A DNA stretch of 64,000 bases from Bacteroidales bacterium (GTDB taxonomy: Bacteria > Bacteroidota > Bacteroidia > Bacteroidales > JAADJA01), in contig JAWKKL010000001.1 in NCBI GenBank assembly GCA_041393275.1, forward strand, positions 65,927 to 129,926, written 5' to 3'. How positions within the stretch are numbered: position 1 is the first letter of the stretch; the number at the start of each line of letters is the position of its first letter. Both the position numbers and the translations under genes were made by a program. Below, piece by piece: positions 1 through 10,529 of the stretch. Under the pieces are notes generated by a model. The model did no database searches, was not told the origin of the DNA, and saw nothing but the letters and a program-made list of their open reading frames with translations.

Positions 1-2
1 GC

Positions 3-783
3 TGGTTTAACGAAGGCCAGACCGAAGGCCCTGCAGCCCATTTTCACCGCGAAATGATGGATGCCTTGTATCACGAAAATATGTACTTCATCGGCGAAGC
101 ATTCAAAGAATCAAAAATACAAACCGCTCCCTGGGTTACTGCTCCCGGGCAATGGGAAGAAGGGCATTGCGCTGGAACTTTTATGATATTAACATTCTGG
201 GCGACCCTGCCATGGCTATCTGGACTAAACGAACCGATGGAAATTGATGTTACCCATTCCGGTGTTTATGCCATGGGAACAAATTCGTATGAGGTCACGG
301 TTTTATTCAGCGGAAATCCGGCGGCAAATCTTAGGTGTGCTTTCCTTTGCGATGGTGAATTATATGGCGTTGGATATACGGATGCATCGGGATTTGTTGA
401 AATCAATATTGAAGGATTGAAAATCCGGGCGATGCCCAACTGGTGGTTTCCGGCAACAATTGTTTCGCCTGAAGCCTTGGATGTGGTCTGTTCGGTAAAT
501 ACCGGAGTTGTGGAAATACTTACGTCGGCAATGAATATTTTCCCTAACCCTGTAACAGATCATTTTACTGTCGAATATACCTTGCCGTCTTCATCCGGTG
601 TGTCTGTCAGAATTCTTGACCATGTGGGCAGAATCTGTTTAGAATTGGTAAATAATGAAATGCAACCGGCTGGAAAGCAAAGCTTTTGATTTTGGAAAAC
701 CCGATTCGTCGGATGGACTCTATCTGATGCAAATCAGAACAGATAATCAAACCATTAATCAGAAATTTATTATTTCTAAATGA
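3..783 (+). pseudogene. C-terminal ~260 codons of a gingipain-like (peptidase C25) surface protease paralog with a T9SS C-terminal sorting domain. The 5' end lies outside the window. The frame is broken 3 times (pseudogene or assembly indels).
   Basis: The frame is open from the window edge. The NILGDPAMAIW and YGVGYTDASG motifs are shared with the downstream C25 gene. The tail NIFPNPVTDHFTVEY...GLYLMQIRTDNQTINQKFIISK is a typical T9SS CTD. Continuity needs +/-1 nt at T-run 179-182, A-run 227-229 and T-run 684-687. Confidence 0.6.
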
Positions 784-818
784 TATCCTTATTAAGTAAA
801 ATATTTAACATTACATTT

Positions 819-3800
819 ATGAAAAAACATTATTCATTTTAAGTATACTCTTTTATCGGTGAGCATTTTTGCGCAGAAAAACTGGGTAGGATTTGCACCA
901 GACTCCCTCCCTTCCAGCGGTGGTAGTTGTTGAACAAAATGCAGAAAAAGTTGTGATGGATATATCTATACCGGGTATGTACATTTCTGAACTTGTTGAA
1001 AACGACATCAATTTTCAGCGCATTGAACTTTATTCCATTTCCAAACAATTAAAAATGTTGGAAAACCTGAATTGCCATTGATCAGTCAGGTAATTGGCAT
1101 ACCAGGAAATAAACTAGTAAATGTGGAGATTTTGGAAACAGAGTCCCGGAAACTTGAAAATTTTACGTTATATCCGTTTCAAACGCCAACGACTGATAAT
1201 CCGGAGGTTTCGACCATGAATTTATCACGGATCAGCAGTTTTACAATCAGTCAAAAAATTATCCGGGCCGCCAGGTTTATATGGATGGATCGGGCATTTG
1301 GAGAGATGTGAAGGTAGCATCATTGCATGTAGTTCCATTTAATTACAATGCTGTTGATAAACAACTGGAAGTGCTTACAAGTATTCGCATTGAGGTTACC
1401 TTATGGGACAGATTATTCAATGATGGTCAACAGGTCGAAAGAAGTATCACCGGTTTTTTATAATATGTATGAATCAAAAATCCTGAATTTTGGCTCTTTA
1501 GATATTCCAAATCCTTTAAAAGTAATAGTGATATTAAATATCTTATTATAACAAACACAGAAGCCTTAACCCATACAACCCTTTATTGATTGGAAAAACC
1601 AGGGTCTCAGGATTGAGGTAAGGACATTAGAATCTGGATTTAACACACCACAGGATTTTAAAAATTATATTAGCGAACTTTATGCCAGTGACGATCTGAA
1701 TATATTCTGATGGTTGGTGATGCTTATCCCAATGGTAGTAATTCTGGTGGCTCAAATGATGTACCTATGTACTGGTGGGCACCTGGGGAGAAGATGCATC
1801 CTATTCTGATAGTTGGTATACCTGCATGGACGGTTCGGATGACCACTATGCTGACATTGCAATTGGACGTATCACGTATGATAACCTGGCAGAACTTGAT
1901 TTGCAGATCCAAAAAACCCTGGATCATTATATGGCTCCGGACGTAAATAGCAACTGGCCGGAGAATACAATTTTAATTGCGCATAAAGAACAGTATCCCG
2001 GAAAATATACACACAATGTTGTGAAGAAATTAGGACTTTTCCTTATTCATTGCAACCCGGTTTTTGAGCAGGCTTATGGCGGTGCGGGGTATACAAATGC
2101 ACAGGTAGTTAATTATGTAAATACAAACGCCTGTGGGATATTTAATTATCGCGGACATGGGAGTGCAACAGAACTTTGGGACTGGGCCCAACGGGAAGTT
2201 TTACAGCTCAACACGTAAACCAATTGACCAATAACGATAAACTTTTTGTTTTCTTCGATGTGTTGCGATAACATGGATATTGTTGCGCATGCCGGAAACT
2301 GCCTTTGTGAAGATTTCATGAAATCACCCGTTGCAGCTGTAGCTGCAAATGGAGCCATCATTCCTTCATATACTATTCCAAATCACGACTATGATAAAGA
2401 GATGTATAAGGCGGTTTTTGAGGAAGGAATTTATAATATCGGATATATAACAAACTTTGCCAACATCACTGTATTGAATGTTCATGGAACCATTGGAAGA
2501 TCTAATGTAAGAACTTATTTGTGGCTGGGAGATGCATCTATGGAACCATGGACATTACAACCTGCCAACCTTTCTGTTACCCATGATGATCAATTATTTT
2601 TAGGCACAGCACAATTCATGGTGACGGTTTTAGGCACAGGTGGTGCTATAGAGAATGCTATGGTTTGTGTCTCTACTGACGATCAGTCAATATATGGCGT
2701 AGGATATACCGATGCAAGTGGAATGGTTCAAATTGTTTTTGATGAAGCAATTCAAAATCCCGGAACGGCAAAAATTACTGTAACGGCTCACAATCACCTG
2801 CCTTATCAGGCCGATGTTCCTGTTATTCCTCAAACTGGGCCTTATGTTATTAAAGAAGCCTATACATTAAACGATCAATTAGGTAATAATGATGGGCTTA
2901 TGGACTATGGTGAATCATTATTGCTTGGTTTATCAATAAAAAATGTTGGTGTATTGGCTGCAACAAACGTTGTGGTTACTCTTTCAACAACAGATCCGTA
3001 TTTAACTTTTACAGATAATACGGAAATTTATGGCGACATTGACCCGGATGAGATTTTGAATATTGTTGATGGTTTTGCATTTGAAGTTGCCCAGGATATT
3101 CCGGATGGACATTATGTTCTTGTTGAAGTTGAGGCCAATGGCAATGGAAAAGAAACATGGAATAGTACATTTACCATCGAAGGCCATGCCCCCGTGTTGG
3201 AACTGAGCGAATTTGAAATCCTCGATCCAACAGGCAATAGCAACGGAAAAATTGATCCGGGTGAAACAGTAGATATTGTAATTACAATTGAAAATACAGG
3301 TTCTTCAGAATCGTTTAATGTGCTTGGTGATTTATCTGTAACTGATCCTAACCTGACCATAAATACTTCGCAGGTTACTTACGGAAATATTGAAGGGGCC
3401 GGTTTTGCCCAGGGAATATTTAATGTAACCGCTTCATCAACTACCCCAACCGGACAGATGATTGAAATTGCCCTGGATATGTCGGCTGATATGGGCATTT
3501 CAGGTTCAGGAACTTTTCAAGTGGTTGTCGGCCAAATACCCGTGTTGATCCTGAATCTGGATGGAAACAACAACTCTGCAGGCGATATGGAAGAGGCTCT
3601 TTTTAACATGGATATTTCTTCTGAGACCCTGACCTTATTCCCTTCAGATTTAAATATTTATTCTTCCATTTTTGTATGTCTTGGTATATACAGCGATAAT
3701 CATGTCCTTTCGTCAGCCGAAGGAACTGCCCTGGCTGCTTATCTGAACAATGGAGGAAATGTATACATGGAAGGCGGCGATACCTGGGCATTTGATAGTC

Positions 3801-4933
3801 CAACAACCGTCCATTCCATGTTTAATATAAATGGATTGCAGGATGGAAGCAGTGATTTGGGAACCCTTGCCGGCCAATCAGGTACGTTTACCGAAGGAAT
3901 GTCTTTTAATTATACTGGTGAAAATAGCTACATTGACCGGCTTAGCCCGATTTCACCGGCGTTTACCCTTTTTGAAAACCAGTCTCCGGTATACGCAACA
4001 GCCATTGCTTACGATGCAGGAAATTATAAAACCATCGGCACTTCTCATGAATTTGGCGGCCTCGTAGATGGTTCATTCCCTTCAACTAAAGCCGGACTGA
4101 TGGCTGAATACTTGAACTTCTTTGGCCTAGCGGCATCTTTCCAGGCTTCCTTTGTTTCAGATTTAACCGAAGTATGTGAGCAAAGTATTGTTGCTTTTAC
4201 CGATTTGTCATCGGGCTCGGCAAACTCCTGGTTATGGACTTTTGAAGGAGGTAGTCCTGCTACTTCAACTCTCCAGAATCCATCCGTAGCTTATTTTACA
4301 GCCGGAACATACGATGTTTCTCTAGAGATTTCTGATGGCTCAGAAACAGCAAGTATTACAATGCCCGATTATATAACAGTTCTGACGATTCCTGGCCAGG
4401 CGGCAACTCCCTTAGGTGATATTGAGATTTGTACAAATACGATCATCTCATCGGATTATACAACAACGGGAGCAACCACAGCAGAGACTTATGTCTGGGA
4501 AATTTTACCGGTGGGTGCCGGAGCCGTAAACGGAACAGGAATGGCAGCAACGGTAGAGTGGACTATGAACTGGGAAGGCTCTGCAACCCTTAAAGTGAAA
4601 GGAATGAATGATTGCGGCGAAGGCGAATTTTCGGAAGAACTTACTATTTTGTGTTCGGTTTGTACCGGAATTGACGAAAGCTCCCTGGAAGCCGGAGTTG
4701 AAGTTTATCCTAATCCATCAAAGGGCATCTTTAATGTGAAATTCAATACAAACATTGGAGAGACCCAAATCAGGATTATGAATATGTTAAACAAAATAGT
4801 TGCAGATAAAACGATTTATTCTAAATCAGGTGACATATTACCTTTGGATATTTCAAGTTTATCCAATGGAATATATATTTTGAGTATCAGGGCCGGTGGT
4901 TCTGAATTGAATAAAAAGCTGATCGTTCATTAA
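819..4933 (+). pseudogene. Gingipain-like peptidase C25 with a PKD-like domain and T9SS CTD. The first ~1.4 kb is broken by about 13 frameshifts. The long intact ORF is 2246-4933.
   Basis: Signal peptide MKKHYSF/KYTLLSVSIFAQ. Propeptide motif VGKPELP near 1060-1080. Catalytic His context FNYRGHGS near 2150. Catalytic Cys context FVFFDV/CCDNMDI near 2255. PKD-like segment FTDLSSGSANSWLWTFEGGSP...YDVSLEISDG. CTD VEVYPNPSKGIFNVKF...GIYILSIRAGGSELNKKLIVH. Confidence 0.75.
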
Positions 4934-4952
4934 AGCATAAAATAAATGTCAG

Positions 4953-5002
4953 CCTGCCATGTTGTTGTTGGGAAAACCTTCAATTGATATGGCAGGTTTT
5001 TT
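4953..5002 (+). terminator. Candidate rho-independent terminator after the C25 gene
   Basis: CCTGCCAT (4953-4960) pairs with ATGGCAGG (4989-4996) and is followed by TTTTTT (4997-5002). The loop is long (~28 nt), so confidence is moderate. Confidence 0.45.
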
Positions 5003-5084
5003 CTTGTTTAAAATAAAAGGAATGTGGTTGTATGAGTGGTTGCATATCAAACCGTAATTTGGGTTTTGTATTTAGCCACAGCAA

Positions 5085-5606
5085 TTATTTAAAATGTTTC
5101 TGCACCAGGGGCAGCCAATCGTCAATTCGTTCATCTGTTTTTTCGGGTTGATGTTCTTCATCAATGGCCAGACCGAAAAACATTTTGTTTTTCATCCCGT
5201 CAGAATCAATAAAGTTATACCCGTCAATTGGCCATTGCCCAACGATATTTGCTTTTCGCGTTTCAAACTCTTCCTGAAAAACACCCAGGCCATCAACAAA
5301 ATGATGGGGGTATAAGATCTGGTCACCTAATCCATAAAAAGCGACAACTTTTTGTGTAAGATCAATTTTATTCAACTTCTTAAAAAATTCAAACCAAATG
5401 TTCGAATCATCGGCATCTTGCCACACATGAGAACCTACCGTTGATCCACCAATGATCCAGTTATTATATTCCTGAAGATCGCTGACGGAAACATTCGCAA
5501 CCGAGACCATTTTAAAATTTGATCTTTCGGACCGGAACGCGAATTTGCTTGCAACTTTTTCTACACTCCCTTCTTCGGGCCAGTAAACTAACAATACCTT
5601 CTTCAT
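5085..5606 (-). CDS. fldA: Long-chain flavodoxin
   Basis: 173 aa. The N-terminus MKKVLLVYWPEEGSVEKVA, plus FYGLGDQILYPHHF, WPIDGYNFIDS and GLAIDEEHQPEKTDERI, fit the flavodoxin FMN-binding pattern. Confidence 0.85.
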   Translation of the reverse strand: MKKVLLVYWPEEGSVEKVASKFAFRSERSNFKMVSVANVSVSDLQEYNNWIIGGSTVGSHVWQDADDSNIWFEFFKKLNKIDLTQKVVAFYGLGDQILYPHHFVDGLGVFQEEFETRKANIVGQWPIDGYNFIDSDGMKNKMFFGLAIDEEHQPEKTDERIDDWLPLVQKHFK

Positions 5607-5673
5607 GCTTAATGACTTAAATTTAACCCCTGGAATTTGAACTGCAAAGATAATAATGTCTTTTAATTTTTTG

Positions 5674-5691
5674 TGATTGTTTTAACAATCA
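5674..5691. promoter_or_regulatory. 18-bp palindrome TGATTGTT-TT-AACAATCA upstream of fldA, a candidate operator
   Basis: Perfect 8-bp inverted arms lie 68-85 nt upstream of the fldA start codon. A GATAATAATG element sits at 5649-5658. Confidence 0.3.
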
Positions 5692-6104
5692 ATTTTATTT
5701 TATTGATTTTCCGCTTTTGTGCCCCCCAAAATAGAACTCGTTAATTTTTAATATTCAGCTTTTGCAGCTAAATGCCAGTATTGATAATTGCAACTTTTTA
5801 ATTGGAATAAAATATTGGATATCGTACCATTATTTTAACTAATGAGCCATTTGGTCAACAGATTATAAGATTGTTCGATTGGGCCATGAAAAGATTTTGG
5901 ATATTGATAAAAAGGAATTCCATATTGAGTAAAAAATATTAAAAATTCTAATGTTAAAAATATTGCCGCCAAATCATAAATTGATTCTAGACAAAATATA
6001 TAAAATGCCTGTAAGCACAATTTCAAAATTATTAGTATTGATATTCGTATAAAGAATTATATGCGCAGGTCGCTGGCAAAATTTCGGAAAAGGGAATTAT
6101 TTAT

Positions 6105-6141
6105 ACCGTAAACTGATTTTCTTCAACCGTAAACTGATTTT
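6105..6141. repeat. 16-nt direct repeat ACCGTAAACTGATTTT x2 with a 21-nt period
   Basis: Copies at 6105-6120 and 6126-6141, about 70 nt upstream of the ORF starting at 6210. Confidence 0.5.
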
Positions 6142-6209
6142 TTCATTTTTCCTAAAAATTTTATACTATATTTACCACCACGTTTTGATTCAGCACTAAA
6201 AATGATTAT

Positions 6210-6659
6210 ATGGAAGAATTATTACCCCTTATTATTGGCATTGTTTGGGTAGTTTATTCCCTCTATACAAGAGGGCAAAAAAAGAAAAGCGGGCGTAAAC
6301 CACAACCCCAGAACGAAAACAGGCAACCATCGCTTTTAGAACAAATTTTATCGGGCCAGGGAATTTCAATCTCCGAACCGGAGGAAACCGATCTTGATTT
6401 TGATTATGAAGTGGAGCCAGTTATAGCAGATAAAGAACCGGTAAAAAAACGACCATTGCCATTTTTAAATTCAGAGTTAAATGAAGTTAAAGGGGAGGGC
6501 CAATCAAGCATTACTAATTATTTTGAATCTGAAAACTTTGCGTTCTCAGAGGATGACGAAAGAGATTGGGAATTTGTAAGGGAGTTAGAAGATTTCGACC
6601 TTAAAAAGGCTGTAATTTATAGCGAAATTCTGAACGCTCCTTATATTGATTATAAATAA
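6210..6659 (+). CDS. Hypothetical protein: one N-terminal TM helix followed by an acidic low-complexity region
   Basis: 149 aa. LLPLIIGIVWVVYSLY is followed by a basic stretch and then D/E-rich sequence. I recognise no family. Confidence 0.45.
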   Translation: MEELLPLIIGIVWVVYSLYTRGQKKKSGRKPQPQNENRQPSLLEQILSGQGISISEPEETDLDFDYEVEPVIADKEPVKKRPLPFLNSELNEVKGEGQSSITNYFESENFAFSEDDERDWEFVRELEDFDLKKAVIYSEILNAPYIDYK

Positions 6660-6768
6660 CTTTTAAAATACAGGGGTGGGAGAAAAATTTTGGAGTTTAC
6701 ATTTTTTTATTATTAACTTTACCCCCTTTTTGAAGCACAGTGTATTATCTTACATAAAAATAAATGGT

Positions 6769-9700
6769 ATGTTAAGAAATTTACTATTAACAATTGGGTT
6801 TATTTTATCAACAACGCTGGTTGTATTTTCTCAATCGGGAACATTAAAAGGTAAAATCATTGATAAAGACACAAAAGAGGCAATTCCTTTTGCCAATGTT
6901 GTGGTTGAGTCGGGCGGAACACAGGCCGGTGGGGCAACAACAGATTTTGATGGTAATTTTGTGATTAAGCCTATTGATCCGGGTACATATGACCTGAGAG
7001 CCTCCTATATAGGCTACAAAACAGTTTTATTAACGGGGCTGGTAATTAACTCCGACCAGATTACATTTTACAATGTGGATATGGAATCAACCACTGCAAC
7101 CCTTGAAGAAATTGTTGTTGAATCGTATTTAATTCCACTGATCGACAAGGACAAACTGTGTCAGGGGGAAGTATTACTGCCGAGGATATCAAGAAAATGC
7201 CGAACAGGGATGCCAACTCTGTGGCAACCTCCGTTGGTGGTGTGTTCTCAGAAGATGGAGAGAGGGCAACGTGAGGGGAGCCCGGGACGATCAAACCGTC
7301 ATGTACATTGATGGGATCAGGGTAATTGGTACATCAAGTGTTCCACAATCATCCATCGAACAGGTATCGGTATATCTTGGAGGATTGCCGGCACAATATG
7401 GTGATGCCCGGGGGGTATTATCAATGTAACAACAAAAGGCCCATCACGAACCTTTGGTGCGGGAGTTGAATTGGAAACTTCTCAATTTCTGGATGCCTTT
7501 GGCCAGAGCCGTTTTGGTTTTAATGTTCAGGGACCACTGATAAAAGGCAAAGAAGAAAGTCAAACCTCATTACTTGGTTTTTTCCTTTCAGGCGACCTGA
7601 AATATTTAGACGACAACAATCCAACAGCAAAAGGAGTTTATGTTTCTCAGGATGATTATTTACAATACCTGCAACAAACCCCTTTACGCCCATCCGGTCT
7701 GGCTGGAGGGGTACATATGCCAATGGTGAATTTACCCTCAGGGAAGATCTTGAAAATCAAAAAGCAACACCGAATACCAGCCGGTATTCCATAAACCTGT
7801 CTGGTAAAATTGACGTAAGAACTTCTCAAAACACCACCCTGACGTTTGGTGGACAGTATTATTATGATGATGGCAATATGTTTAATTTTAGCCATAGTAT
7901 GTTTAATTATGACAGGAACTTTCTTCAAATGAATAATACTTGGCGTGTTTTTGGACGGTTTACCCAACGTTTCCCAACCGACCGGGAAAGCACATCCGTT
8001 ATTAAAAATGTATATTATAACATTCATGCCGACTATTCGCAGGATCGTCAAAGAAATATGGACCCTTACCACAAGGAAGACCTCTTTAAGTATGGTTACC
8101 TTGGGGAATTTACAACGTACAAACAAAAAGGGTATGATTTTGAGCGGCAGGATATTACTATTGATGGCGTACTTTATGAAAATATGGTGGTGCAGAACAG
8201 TTGGGATTTTGATACAGCCTATATATTTTCTGCCCAAAATTATAATCCTTACCTGGCCAGACATACCAGTATGATTTACGAATTATTTCCTGATAAAGGC
8301 AATTTATTTGCCCCTTTCGGAAACTGGCGTAATGAAGATGACTTGACCCTAAGAGGAGGATTACTAAATGGGCAACAACCCGATTTTTTCTATGGCTTAT
8401 GGGCCCAACCCGGTATGATCCAAACCCGGTATGGTGAAGAAAATAATACACAAATGTCATTTAATGCTTCGGCTGCTGCTGACATAGGAAACCATGAGCT
8501 GAAAATTGGGTTTATTTACGAACAGCGCTCAGAAAGAGGGTATAGTTATAATTCATCGCGCTTGTGGACAATTATGCGAGGTTATACGAATAACCAAATT
8601 CGAGAGCTTGACTTAGACAACCCAATTATCAGTAACGATACGGTAAATTATAACCGTTTATATTCAAACATCGACCAATTCAGGTTCGATAAAAGTTTGC
8701 GTGAAAAACTTGGTTTAGCCGTAGATGGCCTTGATTTTATCCTGGTTGACTCGTATAATTTTGATAACGGCACTATTCTTTATTACGATAAAGATGGTTT
8801 AATGCATACAGCAAAAGTTGATGGAGATTTGTACAGTGTTGATATGTTTAGTGCCGACGAATTATTGGAGAATGGTAATTATACGGCATTTTATTATGGT
8901 TACGATTATAAAGGCAATAAATTCAAAGATCGGCCAAGTGTTGATGACTGTTTCACCGAAAAAGACAGCAGGGGTGATTTTGCCCGCCCAATAGGAGCCT
9001 TTGAACCGATTTATATGGCCGGATACTTTCAGGATAAATTTGCATTTAATGATCTTATCTTTAATGTGGGGGTGCGTGTCGACCGTTTTGATGCCAATCA
9101 GGCGGTATTAAAAGATCCTTTCCTGTTTTATGATGCCAGGAATGTGAATGAAGTATCCATGATAGATGGTCAAACAGTTAACCACCCTGGAAATATGGGA
9201 GGCGATTATGTAGTTTATGTTGATGATCCAAAAGCACCTACGAAGGTAATGGGATATCGTAATGAATATACCTGGTATAATGCTGAAGGGGTAGAAATTC
9301 AGGATCCTAATAATTTGGATGCCGGGAATGGGGTTTCACCATACCTGGTAAACCCAAACCAGGAGCGCATAAACTCCAGCTCATTTAAAGATTATGAACC
9401 TCAATGGACAGTTATGCCAAGGATATCATTTTCTTTTCCGATTTCTGATGAAGCCCTGTTCTTTGCCCATTATGATGTGTTGACTCAAAGGCCGTTAAAC
9501 AGTGTAAGATCAAATATTGCTGACTATTATTATATTAATACAGTGGGAAGCAACGCCATCAATAACCCGGACCTGAAACCTACAAAAACAATTGATTATG
9601 AATTAGGGTTCCAACAAAAACTGTCAAATAAATCCTCCCTGAAATTTGTGGCATTTTATCGTGAAATGCGCGATGACATTCAGATTTACAGATATACAGG

Positions 9701-10484
9701 AGCCTACCCAAGAGATTATACCTCGTTTAACAATATTGACTTTGGTACGGTAAAAGGGTTAACCGTTACTTACGACTTGCGAAGATCTAATAGCAATACC
9801 CGTATGACAGCCAGTTATACGCTTCAGTTTGCCGATGGTACCGGGTCATCTTCTGTTACCGCAGCCTCGCTGATTAATTCAGGGCTTCCAAACCTGAGAA
9901 CAACAAATCCGCTAAACTGGGACAGAAGACATAATTTTAATATCTCACTTGATTACCGTTTCAGGGATGGTAAAGATTATAACGGGCCAACAATTACCAC
10001 CAAAAGAGGTACAGAAAATGAAAAGTCTCACCAGATTCTGAAAAATACAGGCGTTAACTTCCTTATAACAGGTGGTTCGGGAACACCCTATACAGCTCAA
10101 TCAAATATTACCAGCTTTAGGACCGGTGGTACACGTGAATTGAAAGGAACGATAAACGGATCGCGTAAGCCCTGGCAATTCAGAGTAGATATGCGTTTGG
10201 ATAAAGAAATCTTCCTGAAAACTACTTCAGCCGGAAGAAATCCATATTTAAATATTTACCTTCAGGTACTTAACTTATTTAATACACAGAATATCCTTCA
10301 GGTATGGCCCGCTACCGGTGTACCTGACGATGATGGATACCTGGCAGCAGCCGAATGGCAAAGAGAGATTTCAGATCAAACCAATGAGGCATCATACCGT
10401 AACCTTTACGCCCTAAGGATTGATCAACCATGGTGGTACAGCCAGCCCAGGCAAATACGGTTGGGTGTAATGTTTAACTTCTAA
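6769..10484 (+). pseudogene. TonB-dependent receptor with an N-terminal CarboxypepD_reg domain. The plug region is broken by 4 single-base homopolymer deletions. The intact ORF is 7878-10484.
   Basis: Signal peptide MLRNLLLTIGFILSTTLVVFSQ. GTLKGKIIDKDTKEAIPFANVVV...DFDGNFVIKPIDPGTYDL matches CarboxypepD_reg. The plug motifs SITAEDIKKMPNRDANSVA and LGGLPAQYGDARGG(V)INVTTKG appear across shifted frames. There is an 868-aa beta-barrel part. Adding 1 nt at A-run 7153-7155 and at G-runs 7264-7266, 7410-7415 and 7708-7711 restores one 1239-aa ORF. The frame order 1,0,2,1,0 matches. Confidence 0.8.
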
Positions 10485-10529
10485 ACAAAAAATATTTTGC
10501 TGACTAAAAAATTTAAAAATTATATAACG

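Noticed and set aside
819-2250. Phase variation by slipped-strand mispairing in surface-protein genes
   Set aside because: Phase-variable genes carry one long tract that toggles the frame. Here there are about 13 breaks in short runs within one gene and 4 in another, which cannot act as a switch.
5835-6026. 63-aa hydrophobic ORF in the AT-rich spacer between fldA and the 6210 ORF
   Set aside because: It has no motif, no convincing start context and an AT-driven composition (F/I/L/Y-rich). It is probably spurious.
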